Of a stretch of DNA of 40,877 bases, positions 27,214 to 34,736 are shown in pieces. A model generated the notes under the pieces. That model did no database searches and was not told where the DNA came from. It saw nothing but the letters and a program-made list of their open reading frames with translations. The stretch's first letter is position 1. The number at the start of each line of letters is the position of its first letter. The translations under genes were made by a program, and so were the position numbers. Origin of the DNA: an uncultured Bifidobacterium sp. (GTDB lineage: Bacteria; Verrucomicrobiota; Verrucomicrobiia; Limisphaerales; JADLHS01); assembly GCA_964355895.1 (NCBI GenBank), contig CAYHFK010000002.1:1-40877 (forward strand), in the 5' to 3' direction.

Positions 27214-29001
27214 TTGAGCGGACCTTTGCCAACACCGACACCCGAGGAACTTCTTCGCTGGACCACCGCGAAGGAAGGCCAGTTCCTTGAGCGAAAGTCA
27301 GCCCAGCACAGCGAACCAGGCAAGACAAAGCCGCGCAAAGTTGCCGACGTGGCGATGGATGTTGCCGAAACTCTAGCGGCAATGGCCAATGCAGATGGCG
27401 GCGAGTTGGTCGTAGGTATTGAAAACGAGGGCGCTGTGACCGGGGTTCGCCAGCCGGAAGACCGTCTGTCAGTAATCTTGAGCGCGCCGCGCAGCAAGAA
27501 CTACGTCAATCCGCCGTTGCCGGTCCGCTCCCGAGAGCTACGCACCGCCGACGGCCACCGCCTATTCCACTTCGAGGTTGATTGGAGCCCTGAGGTGCAT
27601 CAATTGGCGGGCAGCCGATACTTGTTGCGCGTCAACGACCACAACTCACCTTTCCCAGCGGAGCAGATCGCCGCGCTTAAGTCCGCTAAAACTCAAGGGC
27701 TCTGGGAGCGGACCTATCCGCCCGGCGCCGTGCTGGCGGATTTGGATATGGATTTGATTGCGTCGTTAGCGCCTGCCGCATGGGCGGGCCGCAATCCTGA
27801 AGCCGTTCTCCGCGACCGTGGTTTGCTCGCCGGCCGGAACGGACACAGCGTGCCTTCAAACGCCGCCCTGTTGCTGTTCGCCAAATCACCGGCCCGGTGG
27901 CACCCCCGATGTGGCATTGATTTCGTTCGCTGGCAAGGCGACGAGCGCAAACAGGGGGCTGAGTTCAACGCGGTTAAACGTTTCCCCCTCGAAGGCCCGT
28001 TAAGCACGCTGATTCGCAAGGCTTACGACGCCATTCTCCCGATTCTCCCAGAACGCACCAAGCTCCAGGACCTGCTCTTCAATGAGAAATTGGTTTACCC
28101 GGTTTTTGCCTGGCAGGAAGCGGTCGTCAACGCGGTCGCCCACCGCGATTACGGCATCCAAGGCGCGAGCATTGAGGTTTGGTTGTTTGATGACCGGCTC
28201 GAAATCCGCAGTCCGGGGCTGCCACCCGCGCCCGTTACCCTGGATGCGCTCGCACGCCGCGAGCATATTCATGTGTCGCGCAATCCATACATCGTCCGCA
28301 CTCTGGTCGAGCTTGGCTACATGCGGGAAGCCGGCGAAGGTATTCCGCGCATTTTCGATGAGATGGAACGGGCCGGCTTTTATCCGCCAACGCTATCCAT
28401 CGTCGGCGGAATGAGTTTCCAAGTCACCTTGCGCAATCAACCGCTTTACGACCAAGCGACGCTCAAGTGGTTGCATCAGTATGATGCTCTCGAATTAACC
28501 TTGGATCAGAAACGCATTCTCGCTTCCGCCCATGCTCACATGGATCAATTCACGAGTCGCGACGTTCAAGGGTTGCTGGACAAAGACATCTACGGAGCCT
28601 CGAACCTGATCAAAGATTTAATCCGCAAAGGAGCGGTGCGCTCCTCGGCGAAAGGCAGTCGCATTTATCAGGTGATTGAACCGCTAGCGGCCCAAGCCGA
28701 CACGCCGGCTGACCTCGCCAAAATGCTGCCTTTGCTAAATAAGCGCGGCCACATTCGCAACCAGGATCTTCGCAAGGAGTTGCACCTTAAGCGCATCACC
28801 GCTACCCGGAAATTACAGGATTGGGTTGCTTCTGGCTGGCTGGACGCCCCCAAAGCCAGCCGCGGAATCGGGGCGGTTTATCCCCCCGGCCCAAAGCTAT
28901 TGCATCACTCTCCCATTGCATCATCCAGCCCTGAGACTGATGCAATGAGCCGTGAGGCTGATGCAATCCAGCCCCCGGCGCCGAAGAAGCCAAGTGCTTG
29001 A
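27214..29001 (+). CDS. AlbA_2 (Schlafen-like) / HATPase_c_4 / winged-helix protein (COG2865-type)
   Basis: A 595-aa ORF with a TTG start. The AlbA_2-like N-terminus is EGQFLERKSA...ELVVGIENEGAVTGV. The HATPase-like block is WQEAVVNAVAHRDYGIQGASIEVWLFDDRLEIRSPG...REAGEGIPRIF. Two wHTH-like segments occupy the C-terminal third. Confidence 0.8.
   Translation: MSGPLPTPTPEELLRWTTAKEGQFLERKSAQHSEPGKTKPRKVADVAMDVAETLAAMANADGGELVVGIENEGAVTGVRQPEDRLSVILSAPRSKNYVNPPLPVRSRELRTADGHRLFHFEVDWSPEVHQLAGSRYLLRVNDHNSPFPAEQIAALKSAKTQGLWERTYPPGAVLADLDMDLIASLAPAAWAGRNPEAVLRDRGLLAGRNGHSVPSNAALLLFAKSPARWHPRCGIDFVRWQGDERKQGAEFNAVKRFPLEGPLSTLIRKAYDAILPILPERTKLQDLLFNEKLVYPVFAWQEAVVNAVAHRDYGIQGASIEVWLFDDRLEIRSPGLPPAPVTLDALARREHIHVSRNPYIVRTLVELGYMREAGEGIPRIFDEMERAGFYPPTLSIVGGMSFQVTLRNQPLYDQATLKWLHQYDALELTLDQKRILASAHAHMDQFTSRDVQGLLDKDIYGASNLIKDLIRKGAVRSSAKGSRIYQVIEPLAAQADTPADLAKMLPLLNKRGHIRNQDLRKELHLKRITATRKLQDWVASGWLDAPKASRGIGAVYPPGPKLLHHSPIASSSPETDAMSREADAIQPPAPKKPSA
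28899..28967. repeat. nested inverted repeats (ATTGCATCA / TGATGCAAT), copy 1 of a ~50-bp duplicated segment
   Basis: attgcatca occurs at 28899-28907 and 28915-28923. The exact complement tgatgcaat occurs at 28938-28946 and 28959-28967. All four lie inside the last 35 codons of the 27214-29001 gene. Confidence 0.85.
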
Positions 29002-29078
29002 TTCCAAACGATTATGAATTGCCAGCCCAATCGTAACGCGCATGGAAAATCGCATAGCGCCGATTCTATGCTTACTTC

Positions 29079-29156
29079 TATGCGCAAAACACATAACGCC
29101 GCGCATAAAACAGCGGATATGAGCAGCTTATGCGCGCGGCGGATAAAGTCGCGCAT
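29079..29156. promoter_or_regulatory. two ~50-bp-spaced palindromes TATGCGC-N15-GCGCAT(A) upstream of the helicase gene
   Basis: tatgcgc (29079-29085) pairs with gcgcata (29101-29107). tatgcgc (29129-29135) pairs with gcgcat (29151-29156). Further half-sites are gcgcat (29038-29043) and cgcata (29051-29056). The region is locally AT-richer. Confidence 0.5.
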
Positions 29157-29174
29157 TAATGGCGGTCGGCGGCC

Positions 29175-29229
29175 ATTGCATCACTCTCACATTGCATCAT
29201 CAATCATTGAGACTGATTCAATGCAATCC
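29175..29229. repeat. copy 2 of the duplicated ATTGCATCA segment (intergenic)
   Basis: The first 49 nt (29175-29223), attgcatcactctcacattgcatcatcaatcattgagactgattcaatg, match 28899-28947 at 43/49 positions. The copy ends 18 nt before the helicase start. Confidence 0.8.
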
Positions 29230-29246
29230 TAGGACACCAAGACTTC

Positions 29247-31959
29247 TTGAACGCCAACGCAATCAATCGTTTTTCCTCCCGCCGCGAACGGCTTGATCAC
29301 GCGTTTCTGTCCAAAAAGCTCGCGGGGGCAAAATCCTACCGCCGCATTGCAGGTTATTTTCGCAGTTCCATTTTTGAACTCGTCGGCGAGGAAATCGCCG
29401 GCATTGAGAAAGTCCAGATCGTCTGCAACAGCGAACTCGACGCCGCCGACGTAGCCATTTCCCAACACGTACGCGAGACCGCTCTCAAAGAACGCTGGAA
29501 CGAAGCGCCTGCCGAGGTGGAAGCGCTGCTCCACAAGGATCGTTACCGCAAACTCCACGATTTGCTGACCAGCGGCCGGGTCGAAATCCGCGTCGTCCCC
29601 AAGGACCGCGTCTTCATCCACGGCAAGGCCGGCGTCATCGAAGCAGCGGACGGCACCAAGACCTGTTTTATCGGTTCCATCAACGAATCCAAGAGCGCCT
29701 TCGCCCATAATTATGAAATCCTCTGGGAAGACCCTTCGCCCGAAGGCGTCGCTTGGGTGGAGGACGAGTTTGACGCGCTCTGGAAAGATGCCTACCCGTT
29801 GCCCGACGCCATCGTCGAGGAAATCAAACGGGTCGCCGACCGCGTCGAGATTCGTTTCGATGAAGTCCGGCCTGCCGAACTCCCCGGCGCGGCCCTGGCC
29901 GAAACGCCCATCTATCGCGGCGGCGAACAGCTCCAGTCCTGGCAACGGGCGTTCGTCACCATGTTCCTCCAGCACCGCGAGACCTACGGCAAAGCCCGCC
30001 TCCTTCTCGCCGATGAAGTCGGCGTCGGCAAAACGCTGTCGCTGGCCGCGAGCGCCATGATGTCCGCGCTCCTCGCTGACGGCCCGGTTCTCATCCTGTG
30101 CCCCTCGACGCTCACGTTCCAATGGCAGGTTGAGTTGCAAGACCGCCTCGGCATCCCCAGCGCCGTCTGGGCGTCCGGCCAGAAAGTCTGGATTGATCCC
30201 CACGGCCACACCATCAAGACCCGTGGCGCCGAGGACATCACCCGCTGTCCCTTCCGCATCGCCATCGTCTCCACCGGCTTGATCTTTCACCATTCCGACG
30301 AACGGCGACTGCTGCTTGAGAAGCGATTCGGCACGGTCGTCCTGGACGAAGCCCACAAAGCCCGGCGGCGCGGTGGCCTCGGCCCAAACAAGGACGAGTC
30401 GAACAACCTGCTGGACTTCATGCTGGGCATCGGCCCGCACACCAAGAATCTTTTGCTCGGCACCGCCACCCCCATCCAGACCAACGTGCATGAGCTGTGG
30501 GATTTGATGCGCATCCTGAACGCCGGCGCGGATTTCGTCCTGGGCCGCGAAGCCATGAGCCTCTGGGTCAGCTTGCCGCGAGCCTTGCCGATCGTGAAAG
30601 GCGACGAAATCCCGCTCGACGAGCGCGATGCCTGGGAGTGGCTGCGCAACCCGCTTCCGCCCGGCGACGAAGAACCGCTGGTGGCCAACTTGCGCCTCCA
30701 GTTGGGCATTCCTGACAACGCATTCTTTACCGACAAAGGCTTCGGCTCGCTCGAATACTCCGTCCAGCAATCGGTCCTCCAGACCTTGGCGCCCGGCTTT
30801 TATCAGCAACACAACCCTATTGTCCGCCACACCGTCCTGCGTCGTCGTCAAACGTTGGAAGATGCGGGCCTGCTCGAACGGGTCGCCGTCGAAGTGCATC
30901 CCGTGCCCGACGCCCCCTCGACCGCCTACCCCGGCGTGCATTTTGACGGGCTCGGGTTGCTAACCAACCATCCGTTCGACCTCGCCTACCAAGCCGCCGA
31001 AGATTTCACCACCGCTTTGCAACAGCGCACCAAAGCCGCCGGCTTCATGAAGTCGCTCCTTGCTCCAGCGCATCTGCTCCAGCTTCGCTTCCGGTCGTAG
31101 CACGGCCACGAAGATGTTGGGTCGCGAACTACTTGAGGATGAAGAACAGGCCGCCTTGCTGCTCGATCAGCTCAGTTCGCTCACTCCCACCGAGGCGGGC
31201 CACCTTCGCACGATTGTCGAAGAATTGTCCCGCCCCGAGGCGCACGATCCCAAACTCGCCGCCGTTCGCTACTTCCTGAACGAACATCGCACCGAGGGCA
31301 AAACGTGGTTGGAACACGGTTGCATTATCTTCAGCCAGTATTACGACACCGCTTTCTGGATCGCCTCAGAACTGGCAAAGACGCTGCCTGCCGAGCCAGT
31401 TGCCGTCTATGCCGGCACGGGCAAGAGCGGCATGTTTCGCGGCGAGGAGTTTGCTTCCATCGAACGTGAGGAAATCAAGAAGGCCGTCAAAACACGCAGC
31501 GTGCGGCTCGTGGTCGCCACCGACGCCGCGTGCGAGGGGTTGAACCTGCAAACGCTCGGCACGCTCATCAACGTGGACTTGCCGTGGAATCCGTCACGGC
31601 TTGAGCAGCGGCTCGGCCGCATCAAACGCTTCGGCCAGGCACGCCGTTCCGTGGACATGCTCAACCTCGTCTATCACGACACCCGGGACGAGGATGTGTA
31701 TCGGGTAATCTCCCGGCGCTTGAAAGACAAGTTCGACATCTTCGGCGGCCTGCCGGACACGATCGAAGACGACTGGATTGCAACGGAAGAACGCCTGGAA
31801 GGAATGATGGATGAATACATCCATCTCCGTCAGAAAGCCCGCGACGTGTTCGAACTCCGCTACAAAGAAACCATTGATCCCGACCAGAACCGCTGGGAAC
31901 TCTGCTCGCGCGTGCTGGCGCGGAAAGATGTCGTAGAGAAATTATCGGAATCGTGGTGA
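29247..31959 (+). pseudogene. PLD-family nuclease / SNF2 helicase fusion, reading frame interrupted once (ORFs 29247..31100 and 31060..31959)
   Basis: The start is a TTG. The HKD motif is FIHGKAGVIEAADGTKTCFIGSINES (His codon at 29619). The SNF2 motifs are LLADEVGVGKTL (30018-30032), VVLDEAHKARR (30345-30356) and LLGTATPIQTNVHELW. The second ORF, in a different frame, carries the C-lobe: IIFSQY, LVVATDAACEGLNLQ and DLPWNPSRLEQRLGRIKRFGQ. The two join as ...FMKSL|LLQRICSSFASGR if one nt near 31056-31061 is skipped. Confidence 0.75.
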
Positions 31960-32310
31960 ATAGCATTTGGCACCGACTGGCGAACGCCCTGTTAACCGGC
32001 TGTAGCCAGCAAACTTTCATCTGAGCACGCTTCCGGGCTTGTGCGATAGACAGTGAAAGTTGCCCTCCTTTTGGGCTGCCTGTCTTCGCCCGAGCGTCAA
32101 GTTAAAAGCTGCCCCTCTAAATCCTGCCAAAAGGTTTCGAGTGCCGCACCAAGATAAACTGGATCAAGCGCCATCCAACATCGAACGCCCAATGACGGGC
32201 GCACCTGCGGGTTCGGAGTTGGATGTTCGATGTTTTGGTTGCGGCGCCAGCCGCGCTATGCCTTGGCGTTGAAAGCCTTCTATGGCTCCGGCTTGGATCA
32301 AAGATCAGAG

Positions 32311-32331
32311 CCTCCTCACGTCGGCTGCTAC
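32311..32331. repeat. solo arm of the palindromic element family (copy E4)
   Basis: cctcctcacgtcggctgctac is the exact reverse complement of 7089-7109. I found no partner arm nearby. Confidence 0.6.
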
Positions 32332-32423
32332 TTTTCAAACCGGCTCTTGTTCCGGCCCAATTCTCTGTTACCGTCCACGCTCCTGTGAGAACAACTTTGT
32401 GTCCTTTTGCGGTCTGAACTGAA

Positions 32424-34328
32424 ATGTCCACCATCATCACTGCCACCGAAATTACCGTGCGCTACGGCGAACGCGCCGTGCTCGACGCTGCCACGCTCGG
32501 CATTGAAGCGGGCGACCGCATCGGACTGGTCGGGCGCAACGGTTGTGGCAAGACGACGTTCCTCCGCATCCTCGCCGGGTTGCAATCGGCCGACAGCGGC
32601 GTGGTCTCGCGGCAGCGCGATCTGGTGGTGAGCTATCTGCCGCAGGATTTCATGCTTGATGCGACCAAGTCGGTGGCCGAAAACATCCGCGACGGCGCGA
32701 AGCCGGTGCTCGATCTGATCGCGGAATTTGAATCGCTGCCGCACGACTCGAAGCGCCACGAGGAACTGGAGCATCGCATCCAAGCGCTCGAAGGCTGGAC
32801 GCTGGATCTACGCCTCGAAACCGCGATGTCGCATCTGAACTGTCCCGCCGCCGACCGGCGGATTGAAACGCTGTCCGGCGGCGAGAAACGGCGCGTGGCG
32901 ATGTGCCGCGCCATCGTCTCGTTGCCCGACTTTCTCATCCTCGACGAACCGACGAACCATCTCGACCCGGAATCCATTGATTGGGTCGCAGATTTTCTCG
33001 ACGAGTTTCATGGCTCGTTTCTGGTCGTCACGCACGACCGCTATTTTCTGGACCGGGTCGCGAAGCGCATGGTTGAGTTGTACGAGGGGAAGTTCTGGTC
33101 GCAGAACGGCAACTATACCGATTACCTGCTGGCCAAGGCGGAGCGTCAGGAAGCGGACGCAACCGTCGAACATAAACGCCAGATGTTTCTGAAGAAGGAA
33201 CTGGCCTGGGTGCGCCAAGGTCCCCGCGCGCAACGCAGCAAGCAGAAGGACCGTTTCGAGCGTTACTACGAGACCGCGGCGCAGGCCGGGCCAGCGGTCG
33301 AGGAGGATATGGAACTCGTCATCCCGCCGCCGCCGCAACTCGGCAATCGCACGGTGGAGGTGAGCAATCTCGGCATGACTCTCGGCGGCAAGAAATTGTT
33401 CAGCGGATTCAGTTATACGTTCGAGAATGGGCAGCGCATCGGGGTTTGCGGACGGAATGGCCTCGGCAAAACCACGATGCTCAAAGCCATCATTGGTCAA
33501 CTCCCGCCCACGGAAGGCACGGTGAAGATCGGTCAACTCACCAAGTTCAATTACGTGGATCAAGGCCGCCTGCAATTGAATGAAGAGCGCACGGTGCTGG
33601 ACGAAGCAGCCGACGGCACGGAGTTCGTCATCTGGGGCGATTCAAAAATTTCGGTGCGCTCGTATCTGAAACGATTTCTGTTTGCGGATGATCGCATCAC
33701 GACGCAGGTGAAGAAGCTTAGCGGGGGCGAACGCAGCCGGCTGTTGCTCGCCAAAATCCTCAAGTGCGGCGGCAACTTCCTCATCCTCGACGAGCCGACG
33801 AACGATCTCGACCTGCCGACGTTGCGCGTGTTGGAGGAAGCCTTGATCGCATTTCCGGGCATGGTACTCGTTGTGAGCCACGACCGCTATTTCTTGAATC
33901 GGGTCTGCACGAATATTCTCGCGTTCGAAGGCGACGGGAAAATTTCCCACAGCGTGGGGGATTACGATTATTACCTGGAGAAGAAACAGCGCGCGGCCAA
34001 AGAGGCGGCCCGACAGAGTGCCGCTTTCATTTCCGCCAACAAGTCCGCCGCGCCCGCGCAAGCCGCGAAGCCCAACGGGGCGAAGAGCCGCAAGCTGTCA
34101 TTCAAAGAACAGCGCGAACTGGAGGGCATCGAGCCTCAGATTCACGCCGTCGAAGCCGAAGTGGCGCGCATCGAGGGATTATTTGCTCAACCGGATTTTT
34201 TCCGCAAACACGCCACCCAAGTCAACCAACTCACGGCCGAACTGGACACCGCGAAAGAGAAGGTCCCGCAGCTCTATGCGCGCTGGGAAGAACTGGAGGC
34301 GATTCGGGCGACGGCAGAAGCATCGTAA
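32424..34328 (+). CDS. uup: ABC-F family ATPase, Uup-like (two ABC domains plus a C-terminal coiled coil)
   Basis: A 634-aa ORF. Walker A motifs: GLVGRNGCGKTT and GVCGRNGLGKTT. Signature motifs: LSGGEKRR and LSGGERSR. Walker B motifs: LILDEPTNHLD and LILDEPTNDLD. The C-terminal KLSFKEQRELEGIEPQI...ARWEELEAI matches the Uup architecture. Confidence 0.9.
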   Translation: MSTIITATEITVRYGERAVLDAATLGIEAGDRIGLVGRNGCGKTTFLRILAGLQSADSGVVSRQRDLVVSYLPQDFMLDATKSVAENIRDGAKPVLDLIAEFESLPHDSKRHEELEHRIQALEGWTLDLRLETAMSHLNCPAADRRIETLSGGEKRRVAMCRAIVSLPDFLILDEPTNHLDPESIDWVADFLDEFHGSFLVVTHDRYFLDRVAKRMVELYEGKFWSQNGNYTDYLLAKAERQEADATVEHKRQMFLKKELAWVRQGPRAQRSKQKDRFERYYETAAQAGPAVEEDMELVIPPPPQLGNRTVEVSNLGMTLGGKKLFSGFSYTFENGQRIGVCGRNGLGKTTMLKAIIGQLPPTEGTVKIGQLTKFNYVDQGRLQLNEERTVLDEAADGTEFVIWGDSKISVRSYLKRFLFADDRITTQVKKLSGGERSRLLLAKILKCGGNFLILDEPTNDLDLPTLRVLEEALIAFPGMVLVVSHDRYFLNRVCTNILAFEGDGKISHSVGDYDYYLEKKQRAAKEAARQSAAFISANKSAAPAQAAKPNGAKSRKLSFKEQRELEGIEPQIHAVEAEVARIEGLFAQPDFFRKHATQVNQLTAELDTAKEKVPQLYARWEELEAIRATAEAS

Positions 34329-34346
34329 CGCACCAGCATTGCCGCT

Positions 34347-34682
34347 TTAAGGTGAACTGAGCCGGAAGAAGCGGTTGCCGGTGGCGAGCGCAACGATGAC
34401 TTGGTTTTGACTGTTGGTCACGTTCCCCGCGTTGGTCACGCTCGTCCAAGTTCCCGTGAAGAGGTTGGTGTTTTGCGGAAGCGCGAAGCCGATGGACGAG
34501 GACGGCCATGAAAGGAGGAAGGTGTACGTGCTGGTGCGTTGAATATTCAAGGTCGGCGCGGGGACCTGCGCCAGCGTGACGAAGCCAAGGCGACGCGTTT
34601 TTTCAAATCGGGAATTTCTTACCGCTGATTTTTTCGCGGGTCGTGATGACTTGCCGGACGGAGTAGCCGCCGCCGTTGCCAA
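34347..34682 (-). CDS. small ORF consisting of an orphan copy of a C-terminal '...TGTWTSVTN...FFRL' domain (possible gene remnant)
   Basis: The last ~70 aa, PTLNIQRTSTYTFLLSWPSSSIGFALPQNTNLFTGTWTSVTNAGNVTNSQNQVIVALATGNRFFRLSSP, are paralogous to the partial gene at 40729-40877. The N-terminal part of the ORF looks non-coding and the true start is unknown. Confidence 0.4.
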   Translation of the reverse strand: MATAAATPSGKSSRPAKKSAVRNSRFEKTRRLGFVTLAQVPAPTLNIQRTSTYTFLLSWPSSSIGFALPQNTNLFTGTWTSVTNAGNVTNSQNQVIVALATGNRFFRLSSP

Positions 34683-34736
34683 GGTTGTAACAGCCGGACG
34701 GGCCTGGCTCGAAACCGAGGAGTGTGGTTGGCAAAG

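Noticed and set aside
29014-29232. 72-aa plus-strand ORF in the COG2865 / helicase spacer
   Set aside because: Its 'sequence' is generated by the TATGCGC palindromes and the duplicated gene end. There is no start context, so it is more likely a regulatory or repeat region than a gene.
26011-30941. Minus-strand ORFs 26011..27189 (392 aa) and 29229..30941 (570 aa)
   Set aside because: They are antisense to the methyltransferase and helicase genes respectively, which carry the DPPY and the HKD and SNF2 motifs in the plus frames.
31960-32423. Search for an attR-type direct repeat of the tRNA-Thr 3' end, and for an integrase
   Set aside because: I found no copy of the tRNA 3' segment by eye, and no recombinase-like ORF anywhere in 18076-32423. 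I therefore do not call a mobile element, only an 'island'.
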